Shown here in pieces: positions 1-12,329 of a DNA stretch of 64,000 nt (position 1 is its first letter; the number at the start of each line of letters is the position of its first letter). The position numbers were made by a program, and so were the translations under genes. Under the pieces are notes generated by a model that saw nothing but the letters and a program-made list of their open reading frames with translations, did no database searches and was not told where the DNA came from. This DNA is from Hypanus sabinus (Eukaryota). Location of the stretch: NCBI RefSeq assembly GCF_030144855.1, contig NC_082709.1, positions 125,240,001 to 125,304,000 of the forward strand, written 5' to 3'.

Positions 1-357
1 TTGAGGAGTTAGGGTATTTATAAAGCTTTGAAATTTGCATCACCTGGCCTTTCCTAATGATGACTGTGAACAAGCCATAGCCCTAACAAGATAATTAAGG
101 TCTGAGACCTTGGTAAAAGTTATCTGAGAGCTCAATTCTCTTGGGGTGCCCAAACTTTTGCGTGGTGCTCCTTTCCTTTTCTTCCCACTCTAAAATTGTG
201 CAAAACAAAAATAATACACTAATCTTGCTTAAAATGTTGAAAAGAATGTTTCATCTTTAACTTTATGACGTTTAGAGATCAGTTTATCTTCTACTCACTT
301 AACTAATCACAGTAACAGAAATTTTGACCGGGGCACCCAAACTTTTGCATGCCACTG
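1..357 (-). mobile_element. Tc1/mariner transposon end (IR/DR-type terminal repeat), cut by the window edge
   Basis: Ends ...ACTTTTGCATGCCACTG followed by TA (358-359). Internal direct repeat GGGG(TG/CA)CCCAAACTTTTGC at ~143 and ~330. Confidence 0.7.
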
Positions 358-713
358 TATATTGCGTACATTTCTCTGGCATTATATGTACTTACTGAAC
401 TTTAATCATTGCACAAATTTGCTCAGTCTGTGACAGAATTTGGTACACATTTTGGTACTTTCATTTGCTGAAACAATACATTTGTAAGCCTCCAAAAACA
501 GAACTGCAAATCTTAATTTTAAGCAAAATTAAGACAAATATGCATCCATCCAAACTGAATAGCCCTTCACCCTAATAAAAATGGTATGTATAAAGAAATG
601 CCAGAAATAGTAAATGTATCTCTTTGCTCCAACACTTTACTGAGTGAGTTTATAATGTGATACATGTCAATATCTGCTACAGAAAATAAGCAAAATGCAA
701 CAATAAAACATAC

Positions 714-917
714 TTTTAATTTAGTGATTGCATCCCTCTTTGACATTTTGCGCAGAACCATTCGGAAGTCAGCATCCACCAAGCTGTCCACCTCTTCGAG
801 GCCTTGGACTGCAGGGACATAAGCCAATTCATTCTGGGTGGCTCCAAATCCAATAAAGCCTGGAACTATACCCTTGTCTTTGGCTAGCAGCTCAGCTGCT
901 TTACCACTGCTCGATGG
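714..917 (-). CDS. LTN1: LTN1 (listerin E3 ubiquitin ligase) coding exon 2; gene continues beyond the left edge
   Basis: Translates [68 protein letters not shown], matching the listerin N-terminus. Acceptor ttatacag, donor AAA|gtatgt, 204 nt, phase 0/0. Confidence 0.96.
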
Positions 918-944
918 CTGTATAAAAAAAATGAACAGGAAACC

Positions 945-2830
945 AGATTTGTAGTTATGCAGATTTCATTAAGAGCAAAGATACTCCAGTAAAATATTTG
1001 ACTAGCTCATGCAACATGCTGGACTTTATAAAAACAGTCATAGATGAGTGTGTACCCTCAAAATCATTCAGTCTTCCCCAACCAGAACCCCTGGATGAAC
1101 CACGAGATCCGCAAATGCTTAGGGCCAGATCAGTGGCATTCAGGTCCGGCACCAAGAAAGAAAGAAAAGGTCCAGGAATGGTCTCCAGAAAGCCATCTCA
1201 TATGCAAAGTGGCAATTCTGGACCAAACTTGAATCACTGTAGGATGCTTTACAACTGTGGCAGGGCTTGAATTCTATCATCTCCTACAAAGTTATCGAAG
1301 TGACATAGGTGAAAACAAGGCTTCGCTCCCAGAAGTCCTCGATGCGTTTATGCTCACTTTGACTGTCAAAACATGGAGGAGCTTTCACAAACTCTCACAG
1401 CCCCCAGTGACAGTGGGATTTCAGTCTCTGAGGCTGACGTAAGAGCATCCTTCTGGAGGTTGAACCCATCGAGAGCATCCAGCCCAGATGGGGTACCTAT
1501 CCATGTACTGAAGACCTGTGCTGATTAACTGGCTGGAGTATTCACCGATATCTTTAACCTCTTGCATCAGTAGTCTGAGATACCCATCTGCTTCAAGCAG
1601 GTTTCTATTATATCATTGCCTAAGGAGAACATGGCAACCTGCCTCAATGACTATCGTCCAGTAGTACTGTGATGAAATGCTTTGAGAGGTTGGTGATGAA
1701 ACATATTAAATCCTGTCTGAGAAGTGACTTGTAACCGCTCCAATTTGCCTACTGGCACAACTGATCCACAGCAGATGCCATCTCATTGGCTCTTTACTCA
1801 ACCTTGGAACAACTGTTCAGCAAAAATCATACATCAGGATGCTCTTTATTGATTACAGCTTAGCATTCAACACTATCATCCCCTCAAAGCTAATTAATAA
1901 GCTTCAAGACCTTGGCCTCAATTCCTCTGTGTGATTGCATCCTCCATTTCCTCACTTGCAGATAACAGTCACTTTGGCTCGGCATATACAATCTCCATCA
2001 GCACAGACACACCACAAGGCTGTCCCCAGCTCCCTGCTCTACTTGGTTTGTACTTATGACTCAGTGGCTAAGCACAGCCCCAGTGCCATATTTAAGTTTG
2101 TTGATGACACTACTGTTGTAGGGTGAATCAAAGCTGGTGATGAATAGGCATGTAGGAGCAAGATTGAGAACTTGGCTGAGGGGTGCCGTATCAACAACCT
2201 CTCACTCAATAACAGCAAAACCAAGGAGCTGATTATTTACTTCAGGAGGACCAAACTGGATATCAATGAGCCAGTCATCACTAGGAGATCAGAGGTAAAG
2301 AGGGTCAGCAACTTGAAGTTCCTTCGGTTGATCATTTCAGAGGATCTGTCCTGGCCCCAGCACACAATTGACTTAACAAAAAAAAGAATGGCAGTGTCAC
2401 TACTTTTTTTTTTAAAAAGAAGTTTGCAAAGATTCCACTTGACATCTAAAACTTTAACGAACTTGTATCGATGTGTGGTGTAGAGTATATTGACTGGTTG
2501 AATCATGGCCTGGTATGGAAACACTAATGCTCTTGAATAGAAAATCCTACAAAAGTAGTGGACATGGCCCAGTCCATCAAGGGTAAAGCCATCTACATGA
2601 AGTGCTGTTGCAGGAAAGTAGCATCCATCATCAAGGACGCCAACCACTCTGGCCATGCTCTCTTCTCACTGCCACCATCTGGAAGGTGGTACAGGAGCCT
2701 CAGAACACACACCACAAGGTTTAGGAATAGTTAATGGCCCCCAACTATCAGGCTATTTAACCAGAAGGGTAACTTCACTTGCCCCATCACTGAACTCTTC
2801 CCACATCTATAGACTGTATTCAAGGACAAT
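945..2830 (+). mobile_element. Degenerate Rex1/Babar-type LINE (RT and 3' region)
   Basis: Fragments with motifs NQNPWMN, TCLNDYRPV, MKCFERLV, KFVDDTTVVG and KTKELII, broken by many stops and frameshifts. Confidence 0.75.
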
Positions 2831-3039
2831 AACGTCCTGGCATGTTCCACTTAACAGGACCTAAAATTAACATATTTACAAATTGTCAGTTAGTAATCCC
2901 TGGATTATCCAGGCACCATGTGCTAGTCAGGACAGAAATAGCAAGATAGAATAGATGAATGAGTGACTGAGATGCAAGACTTCAGCTTTTTATCATCAGA
3001 TCCTCTTCTGGAGCAGGGATAAACTGCACAAGAGGAAAT

Positions 3040-3460
3040 CACAGGGGTGTTGCCAGCTCTGGAGGACCTGAGTTATAGGGAAAGATTGAATTGGTTAGGA
3101 CTTTATTCCTTGACATGTAGATGATTGAGAGGAGATTTGACAGAGGTATACAAAATTATGCGGGGTATAGAGAAGGTAGGTGCAAACAGGCTTTTCCCAC
3201 TGAGGGTGGGTGGAGCTACAACTGGAGGTCATGGGTTAAGGGTGCAATATGAAACATTTAAGGAGAACACAAGAGGAAATTTCATTCAGAGTCATAAGAG
3301 TGTGGAATGAGGTGTGTGCACAAGTGGTACATGTGAGCTCAATTTCAACATTTAAAAGTACATGGATGGCTGTGGTCCCTGTGGGAATAGGCAGTTTAAA
3401 TAGTTTAGCACAGACTAGATGGGCCCAAGGGCCTGTTTCTGTGTTCTACTTTCCTGTTCT
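3040..3460 (+). mobile_element. CR1 LINE 3' fragment
   Basis: RGDLTEVYKIMRG...GHGLRV C-terminal CR1 motif followed by a CR1-type 3' UTR (GGGCCCAAGGGCCTGTTTCTGTG). Confidence 0.8.
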
Positions 3461-4711
3461 TGATAGTTATTGCTAATTTATTTACTTTTCTTTTGTATTC
3501 ACAGTTTGGTGCCTTTTGCACATTAGTTGTCCTGTAGGGTATGATCTTCCATTGATTCTACAGTGTTTCTTGGATTTATTGTGTATGCCCACAAGAAAAT
3601 GTATCTTGGGGTTGTATATGTACTTTGATAACAGACTTACTTTGGACTTTGAAGAATATTTACAATTGCTATATGATATTTGGCACTTACAGAGTAATCA
3701 TTTACGAAGAAGTGAAATAAAAAGGAGCTGGCATTAAAACTGATGACACAGGACATAAAATATAGCTTCAAGCACTGCCTTAATTGTGCTGTGCCAAAAT
3801 AGCAGCTAAAGATATGAGAGAAAAGCTACAAATGACATTGTCACGTCTAGCAATTTCTACACAGCAGACCAGAAAATCCTGATTTTAATTCATCCATTCA
3901 TGTTTCCACCATCACCAGTATAACTAACACTGATCAAAGCATGTAAAGACATATTATGGTTGTGAAAAATGTTCACCCTTGTGTCTAGTAATTTAAATGT
4001 GCCACCCCAATTTGCCAGTTACATTCTATCACTGAATTCAACATCAAGACCAAAGACATGGCAGATGCTTACTGGAATTCCCAACAAAGTTGTTGCAGAT
4101 TTTCAGCTACATTCACTTGAATTGTAATGATAAAGCTACAAGGAAGAAAGGTAGATAGTTTTAAATATGTCTGGGTTAATTATTTACAGAAGTTTTTAAA
4201 TCATTTAATGTGTTTGTTTCAAATCAATTGCTATTAAATTAGTTTTAAGTATTCAATCTTGAACAATTTTTTTAAAATTCTAAATTTCACAAACACAAGT
4301 ACTGAAAAACTTTAAGGCTTTGACAAATGGCAACTGTCATCTTTGCAAACTGAGAAGACTTCCAAATGAAACCTGCTGTCACTAGGTAACGCACATGATC
4401 TGATTAATTCACTTGAGGTCTGTACATAAATACTTGTAGGTAAGGTTTTAAATTGAATTGTAAATGGATAAGGGGTAGAGAATAGAAATTCAGGAACAGA
4501 CCATTTCAGATCTGGTATTATGTAATGCTCAAGTTTTAAATAAGTCATATTGTTGTTTTCAAGTCTCACACTCCCTATCTGCAATCGCATCTTCAGTCAT
4601 ACAATCCTTTTGATAGATCTATACACTTCTAATACTGGACTCTTGCTGTTCTTTATATTTAACATCTTCACCATTTGGGGGAATGCCTTCAGTTGCAAGT
4701 TGACCAAATCC

Positions 4712-6600
4712 TCACAGGTGTTTCCTGCTCTTTGCCTCCTGCCAATCAGCCACTGCTTTATCCGTGCTAGAATCCTTCCTGTAATAGCATGGGCTCGTAG
4801 CTTGTTAAGCAGCCCCATGTGTGGCACCTTGTCAAAGGCCTTCTAAAAATCCAAGTTCTGTACACAACATCAGCTGATTCCCCCTTTTCTATCCCGCTTA
4901 ATACTTCTTCAAAGAATTCCAACAGATTTTCCCTTGAGGAAACCATGCTCACTATGTCCTACTTTATCATGTGCCTCAAAGTACAATACGACCTCATACT
5001 TGATGATTAACTCCAACATCTTCTCAACCACTGAGATCAGACTAACTGACCTGTAGCTTCCTTTCTTCTGCCTTTCCCCTTGGAGTGACATTTGCAATTT
5101 TCCAGTATTCCAGAACACTTCCAGAATCTAGTGATCTTAATGCCTCCTGAATCTCTTCAGCCACCTCTTTCAGAACTCTGGGGTGTACAGCATCTGGTCC
5201 AGGTGACTTATCTACCTTCAGACCTTTCAGTTTCCCAAGAACTTCTCTCTAGTTATGGTAGCTTCACACACTTCATGCCTCCTGACACCTGGAGCTTCCA
5301 CCGCACTACTAGTGTCTTCCACAGTGAAGACTGATGCAAAATACTTATTCAGTTCGTCTGCTACTTCAATGTCCCTCATTACTACCTCTCCAGCATAGTT
5401 TTCCAGTGGTCCAATATCCACTCTCACTTCTCTTTTACATCTGAAGAAACCTTTGGTATCCTCTTTAATATTATTGTCTGGCTTACTTTTATATTCCATC
5501 TTTACCTTTTTAGTTGCCTTTTGTTGGATTTTAAAAGCTTCCCAATCCTCAAACTTTCCACTAATTTTTGCTCTATTATTACTATTACGTGCCCTCTCTT
5601 TGGCTTTTATGTTGACTTTGACTTCTCTTTGTTAGCCACGGATCAACCTTTTGATTCCTAACTTTGTCTGAGGTCTTACCAACATCTACTCCCACAACCT
5701 CTCCACTAACAATGTGGTTCCCATCCCCCTGAAACTCTAGTTTAAACCCCACCGTGCAGCATTAATAAACCTTTCCGCTAGGATATTAGGCCCCTCTAGT
5801 TCAGGTGTAAGCATTCCCTTCTGTACAGGTCCAATCTTCCCTGGAAGAGAGCTCAATGATCCAAAAATCTTATGCCCTCCCTCCTACACCAACTCCTGAG
5901 CCACATATTAAACTGCATAGCCTTCCTAGTTCTGGACTCACTAGCATGTGGCACGAGTAGCATTCCTGAGATCATAATCCTGGAGGTCCTGCCCATTAAC
6001 TTAGAACCTAACTCCCGAAACTTCCCAAGCAGAACCTCGTCACTTATCCTACCCATGTCGCTGGTACCAACATGGACCATGACCTCTGGCTGTTCACCCT
6101 CCCACTTAAGAATGCTCAGGACTCGATCCAAGATATCCTGGATCCGGACACCCGGGAGGTGATGTACTATCCGAGAATCTCACTCTCGCCCACAGAACTT
6201 CCTGCCTATTCCCCTATCACCACAGAGTGCTTTTTTTCCCCACTTCCCTTCTGAGTCACAGAGACAGACTCAGTGCCAGAGACCCAATCACTGACTTTCT
6301 CTGATAGGCACCCCACCCCCGGCAGTAATCAAAATGATAAACCTGTTGTTGAGGGGGATGGCCACAGGGGTGCTCTGCACAGGCTCCTTAGCCCCTTTCC
6401 CATTCCTGACAGTCACCCAGTTTCCTGTGTCCGGCACACTGGGTGTAACTACATATCTGTATGTCCTATCTATCACCCCCTCAGCCTCCTAAATGATCCA
6501 GAATTCATCCAGTTCCAGCTCCAACTCCTTAACGTGGTTTGTTAGAAGCTGCAGGGTAGCTCACCGTTGTCAGGGACACTGGAGGTCTCCCAGTCATCCC
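4712..6600 (-). mobile_element. Degenerate CR1 LINE with ORF1 SGNH-esterase remnant and ORF2 pieces
   Basis: ORF1 pieces GEQPEVMVHVGTSDMGR and WLRSWCRREGIRFLDH; ORF2 pieces YRSVSLISVV, NLLEFFEEV and ELNKYFASVFT. Confidence 0.8.
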
Positions 6601-7254
6601 ACGTCCCACAAGAGGAGCATCTAATTTGGCATCTCTACTGTCCTAACTGAGCAGATATAAAGAAGAAAAGTGGAAAAAATGAGTTTTTCTTTCCTCTGCT
6701 TTCTCTGACTGAAGCCTCCAAGATCACCAATCTATGTCCACTCGAACAACAGCTGCAGCGCTTGCCCCTGCTTTCCTTTCATTTGCTCTTACTAATCAAT
6801 CCCAGACACCGATTAGTTGCTGATCGAAGCTTTGTCGCAACCTGCCTTTTACCCTCAGGCAGTGGACCTGATTGAAATGCCCTCCTCGCCAAACCTTCAA
6901 TGTCCAGTTTGGCTACTGGTCAAAGCTCTGCTACAGCCATATTTTTATTGTAAACCAATAGTCAGCTCATTCAAAAGTCTTGCTTACTTTTTATAATCGG
7001 CAATGGACAAATTACAAATCCATGCATCTCTCTGGCAAAGTTTTTTTGAACCATTTTGGCTGTCGCCCATTTGCAACTATTCAGGCTACTTCAGCATCAC
7101 CTACAAAACATTCAGACATGAGCCGATAAGGGGCAATTACACCACAAGAGAGCCAGACAACAAATACCTCAAACAAGGGAGAATCTAACCAATTATTTTT
7201 TCATTCAAAATCATTACAGTTGCTAAGTCACTTCATCAATATCTTTGGAGTTAC

Positions 7255-7800
7255 CACTGACTAGAAACTAAATTACACCATCACATAAATACCATGGCTA
7301 CAGAGCAGATCAAGGCTGGGTATCCTGCTGGGTCTTTCACATCATGAGACCCCAATATTTTCCTATCTATGAATCACAAATCAGGAGGCTAGTAGAATAC
7401 TCCACTTGCCTGGATGAGTAATCAACAAAGAAGCATGATGCCATTCAGGCCAAAAGTGCTGTTTGATTGACACTCCATCAATGACCTTAAATAGTCATTC
7501 ATTTCACCACCTTGCAGAGGCCGCAGTGTGTTATATCTACAAGTTAATCTCCCCGTCATTCTTGAAAAACAAATCCCAAACCTATACCGTCAAGAAGGGC
7601 AGGACGTTTATCACCACCAGAAGGTTGCCTTCAAAACTGCACATCACACCTACTAAGGAATACAGACAATCTAAATCCTGGAACTGCGGGAAAACTATAA
7701 CAGTTCAAGAAGATGACTCATCAGCAGCTTGTCAAGGGCAAATAAAGATGGAAAACAAACACAGACTTGCCAGTGATACCCAGATACTGTAAATAAATAA
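7255..7800 (+). mobile_element. Old CR1-clade LINE 3' fragment
   Basis: 3' end CAAGGGCAAATAAAGATGG...TTGCCAGTGATACCCAGAT...AAATAAATAA; a related end occurs at ~63590-63660. Confidence 0.5.
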
Positions 7801-8882
7801 TGAATTTCTGAAGCACATTACAGAAAATGTAAGCCAATTACTGAAGTAGTGAATATGGATTCATGCTTTGAAATTCTATTCTGTTATAGAACAAATGTAA
7901 ACAAATATAATAATTTACAAGCTTATCAAGTCTGACTGGTTGCAATATGAATCACACCACCATGGCTATTAGCCTTACTACAGGCATACACAATCCTACT
8001 TACCAGGATAGTTTTATGGACTCCCTCAACCACATACTGTTTTGACATGAATGAAGATTAAACTTAGAACTGAAACACCATCCTTCACTCATTGTGAATG
8101 ACTGGAGTTTGATTCCAAGCTTTTTTTTCAACCTGAGGCTGTAGTAAACTTAAGTCTTACTCATTTAAAGCAATTTGGGCTATTGCAACAAACAATATCT
8201 AAAAAATGTATCAACTGCAGTGTGACCAACATGGGCACCATTATCCTGAAATAACTTTCTGCTTCTGACTCCTTAAAATTAAGAAAATCGACAAAGCCAA
8301 TTCTGCCTATGATAAGATTTGCACTATTTCCAGCTAAAAAGCATGCACTGTATATTGGAAAGCAAAAGTAATTGAGCCCTCTCTGCTCTCTGTGTCATTC
8401 CTGGAGAGGGATGGGCTCTGCCAGGTTTCAGATGCCCAAGACACGCCATATGATGAGCAATCACCAAAAAGATCAGTGCAAAAAGCTTGTCATGACTGCG
8501 CCCCGACGACTCCACCAGGAGTTAAGGGTGCACACACACAGACAACATGCCCTCTATGTGGATGAAGTCAAACCAGATGAGTAAAATCTCTATACAGCCC
8601 TCACTATGAAGGCTCATGTAATCAATTACATTACTTTCATACAATTCTTTAGCAGAATCCAGGCACTGTCAGTAAAATAAATCAGATAAAACAGAAACTG
8701 GAATGGTTGGATTGTAGCACTGCAGCATTGTAGACGGTGTGATTTATTCGAAAGCCAAATTTGTGTTCCACATGCAGCATCCATATTTATCTTTACTGCT
8801 TTCTGATTTTCAAGCTCACCTAAGGTAGCCAATTTTAGCTTAATCACTATCAACAGGTTATTTGCAGAACAGGTAAAATAAT

Positions 8883-9011
8883 CCTGAAGAAGCATCTCGG
8901 CCTGAAACATTGACTGTACTCCTTTCCCTAGATGCGCCTGACCTGCTGAGTTCCTCCAGCATTTTGTGTACGTTGGCTTGGATCTCCAGCACCCACAGAT
9001 TTTCTCGTGCT
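8883..9011 (+). mobile_element. Penelope-like element pLTR fragment with degenerate hammerhead motif
   Basis: CTGAAGAAGCATCTCGGCCTGAAACATTGACT...CCAGCATTTTGTGT; homologous to the terminal repeat of the GIY-YIG element at 44403-45634. Confidence 0.75.
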
Positions 9012-9049
9012 TGAAAATAATGGAAAACTTGCCATAGGGTTACAGTGTG

Positions 9050-9700
9050 ATCTGGCCCTTTGGACCACTGAGACCATGTCAAGCATGAGGTGCCCATTTT
9101 TATACTAATCCTACCTGAGCCATCTGTTCTTTCCATGCCGTCATCAACTCCCCAGATTATACTACTCAGCTACATATCGGGGTGTATTAATCTCAGATTA
9201 TACTACTCAGCTACCTACCAGGGTGTATTAATCTCAGATTATACTACTCAGCTACATATTGGGGTGTATTAATCTCAGATTATACTAAGCTACATATCGG
9301 AGTGTATTAATCTCAGATTATACTACTCAGCTACACATCAGGGTGTATTAATCTCAGATTATACTACTCAGCTACATATTGGGGTGCATTAATCTCAGAT
9401 TATACTACTCAGCTACATATCGGAGTGTATTAATCTCAGATTATACTACTCAGCTACACATCGGGGTGTATTAATCTCAGATTATACTACTCAGCTACAT
9501 ATCGGGGTGTATTAATCTCAGATTATACTCAGCTACATACTAGGGTGCATTAATCTCAAGATTATACAACTCAATTACATACTGGGGTGCATTAATCTAC
9601 CAACTCGTACATCTTTCAGATGCACAAAGGCAGCACTCAAGGTCAAGATTGAACAAAGATTGCTGGAACTCTGAACCAGGGCTCAACTAACTGCACTGCT
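9050..9700 (-). mobile_element. Degenerate tRNA-derived SINE hosting a minisatellite
   Basis: The flanks of the array match other SINE copies in the window (29450-29705, 42555-42772). Confidence 0.55.
9153..9598. repeat. Minisatellite, 11 copies of a ~41-bp unit
   Basis: Consensus CAGATTATACTACTCAGCTACATATCGGGGTGTATTAATCT. Unit lengths 41,41,41,38,41,41,41,41,41,38,42. Confidence 0.97.
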
Positions 9701-10612
9701 GTGGTATCCACTATCCAACCCAAATATTATCTGAAAGCAATGTATGCACAAACTTTAGAGTCACCAGAGGAGGAGCATGAATCCTAGTTCAAGAAAGAAG
9801 GCAACAAACCCCAACGAAAGCACCTGGACACCTGCCATTGAGGAAACTCAGCTGAACTAATGGAACAACTGTATGTTTATCTACTGAGTTATGGTGATAC
9901 TAACCATGGTGGTTTTTCATAACACAAGTGATGTGTCTCAATACCTTAGACACACCACTGTAATATTGCCCAATATACAAATCACAAAACCCAGCCTATT
10001 TAGGTCTGATCAGTCCTTTTCCAGTCAGCTGTTAGTCAAAGCCGGTACTAGCAAATGCAAAAACAGCAGGGTTTTCTTGAGTCACTAATAAGAAAAAAAC
10101 AACTCAATTTTTATTTCCCACAGCCCCTCACCAAAATAAAACAAGGTACCCTTGAGGAAGTGCTTCCCTGTTTGAAGGGATAACATCACTGGCGTGAGCA
10201 CACTGTCAGACTGACAACCCAGAGCTGCAGAGGAAGTATTCCGCTTCCTTTGCCCTCTCGAGAGTTGACTTAAGATTCCAGAGCACCATTCCAAAGGTCA
10301 GTAGCGAGTCTCCCGGGTGTCCTGGCTAGAACTTGTCCCCTCCGCCCCCAATCCGAGAAACAAGACACCAGGTCTGTAGATCTTGCCCTGTACGGAATGG
10401 TTTCTAGATTCCGTGTGTCAAAAATACTGCGCTCTTTGCATGCGCCCAGAGGTGCAAGTTTGGGGGGAAATTCAGGCCACGTTTCTGCGGCACTGGGATG
10501 GAGAAACAGCAATGAAGATTGGTGCTTCTGAGATACACAGTCTAAAACAGCTGACATTGCTGCGTGGGCCAAAGGGCTTTTACCAGCGTCGTGGCGGAAG
10601 CCAATAACTTAC

Positions 10613-10654
10613 CCGCACGTTGCCTTTGGTTCGCTGTTTGTTTTTGCCACCCAT
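10613..10654 (-). CDS. LTN1: LTN1 coding exon 1 (start codon)
   Basis: ATG GGT GGC AAA AAC AAA CAG CGA ACC AAA GGC AAC GTG CGG = MGGKNKQRTKGNVR. Strong Kozak (GTGATGG), donor CGG|gtaagt, in frame with exon 2. Confidence 0.96.
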
Positions 10655-10870
10655 CACAGGTGCCCCTCCCCCAGGCCGGGATCGGGTCCGCCGCCACCAC
10701 GCCAAACTTCGGTTACTTTCAGAGAGCCACGACTCTCCACACTGCCCAGGCGTTGCGCTTGCGCAGGTGAACGGGCTGGTTGCCGTCCCTCACTAGCCGC
10801 CGGCTGGAAACCGCAGCGCCAACAGGGAGTTCCGTCTCTGGCGTTCCCTCTTTTCTCGGGAGCAGTAGTT
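10655..10870 (-). promoter_or_regulatory. LTN1: LTN1 5' UTR / CpG-rich promoter with NRF1-like site
   Basis: CpG-dense island in an AT-rich background. TGCGCTTGCGCA at 10754-10765 is one mismatch from the NRF1 consensus. Confidence 0.7.
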
Positions 10871-11040
10871 GCGGATGGATTTGAAGGAACAGATCTTTCA
10901 CCAAACTTAAATGTGTTGAAAGTGTTGCCGGAATTCATTTGACAATGACAGATAATAAACACTACATTCGTGTCACAACTTTAATGTAGGAAACCAGTTC
11001 ACAGAAACTTCTTAAAGCAGATAAATGAGCAGAGCTAAAT

Positions 11041-11192
11041 CCCTTACTATCTCTAATTTCAGTTAGTCCTGACGAAGGGTCTCGGCCCGAAACGTCGACT
11101 GCATTTCTTCCTATAGATGCTGCCTTTCCTACCGCGTTCCACCAGCATTTTGAGTGTGTTGCTTGAATTTCCAGCATCTTCAGATTTCTTCG
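11041..11192 (+). mobile_element. Penelope-like element pLTR/tail fragment (young)
   Basis: Closely similar to 45515-45634 and to the reverse complement of 44410-44555. Confidence 0.85.
11065..11100 (+). ncRNA. Minimal type-I hammerhead ribozyme motif (PLE-associated)
   Basis: AGUC-CUGACGA-A-GGGU(CUCG)GCCC-GAAA-CGUC-GACU: helix I AGUC/GACU, both core boxes, helix II, palindromic ACGU at helix III, and a GUC cleavage triplet. Confidence 0.75.
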
Positions 11193-11454
11193 GGTAGTGA
11201 TCAAATGGTTGATTTAACGAAGGGGGATCCAAAAAGAGCTGACATTAATGGGATTAAGGTGAGCGATGTAAAAAGGAGTCCAATCACAAACAAGAGAAAA
11301 CCTGCAGATGCTGTGAGGGTCTCCGCCTGAAATGTCACCTGTACTCTTTTCCATAGATGCTGTCTGGCTCAGTGTAAAAAAGAGCCATTTGGCATTGGGA
11401 AATAAACATATAATTTATTTTCGGTGATGGAACTGGTATGCCTTTAGATACGTA

Positions 11455-12305
11455 CTGTGTCATGTCATCTGCAGAAATTCCTTGACGAGTTGACAATAGT
11501 TGAATGTATAAAGGGAGAATGAGAGGATGAATACAGGGCCCTGGTGAAGGACTTTATCAAATAGTGCAAACTGTATCATCTGTGCCTCAACATTAGTAAG
11601 ACAAAGGAGATGGTGATGGACTTTAAGACTAAGCTTGCATTGCTCTCTGTTGCTATTGATGGTGAGGACATGGATGTAGTGAGGACCTACAGCTATTTGG
11701 AAGTGTACCTGAATGACAGACTTGAGTGGAGCACCAACACAGAGGCTGTGTACAAGAAGGGCTGAAGTCACCTCTACTTCCTCAGGAGACTTAGGTTCTT
11801 TGGAATATGCAGGCCTCTCCTTCACATCTTCTACCAGTCCATTGTAATCAGTACAATCTTCTATGCAATGGTGTGCTGGAACAATGGCATAAACACAGGT
11901 GATGCCAACAGGCTCAATAAACTGATTAGAAAGGCTGGCTCTGTTATAGGAATCAAAGTGGACACACTGGAGGCTGTGGCCGAACAAAGAACCCTATGGA
12001 AAATACTGGCAATTCTGGACAATCTTTCTCACCCTCTGCATGTCTCCTTGGCTGAACAGAGGAGCACTTTTAGTAATAGACTAAGACAACTGTTCTGCTC
12101 CGAAGAGTGCTATATGAGGTCGTTCTAAACCTCAGCCGTTATGAGTCAACCTATAGTTGGGGAAGTGATGACCCCCTCCTGTTAGTTTGTGGTAACTTAT
12201 TTTTGAAATTCTTTATACTACTCTTCTAATATTTATATCTGTGCACTTGTAATACCGCTGTGATGCTGTAATTTAATTTGGGATCAATTAAGTATTGATC
12301 TATAT
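11455..12305 (+). mobile_element. Rex1/Babar-type LINE 3' fragment
   Basis: NISKTKEMVMDF and VCWNNGINTGDANRLNKLIRKAGSVIG...HPLH; ends in a GATCAAT/TATC tail. Confidence 0.8.
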
Positions 12306-12329
12306 CAATCTTTTGAATTTGAAGAGTGA

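Noticed and set aside
8445-8545. C/D-box snoRNA (ATGATGA)
   Set aside because: Antisense to the host gene with no suitably placed D box or terminal stem; more likely a retroelement 3' fragment.
9153-9598. CRISPR-like array
   Set aside because: Units are contiguous with no unique spacers, there are no cas genes, and the context is a eukaryotic intron.
10654-10962. Upstream ORF ending in TGATG overlapping the LTN1 start, or an N-terminal extension
   Set aside because: It begins upstream of the likely TSS; the LTN1 frame has no upstream ATG before an in-frame stop.
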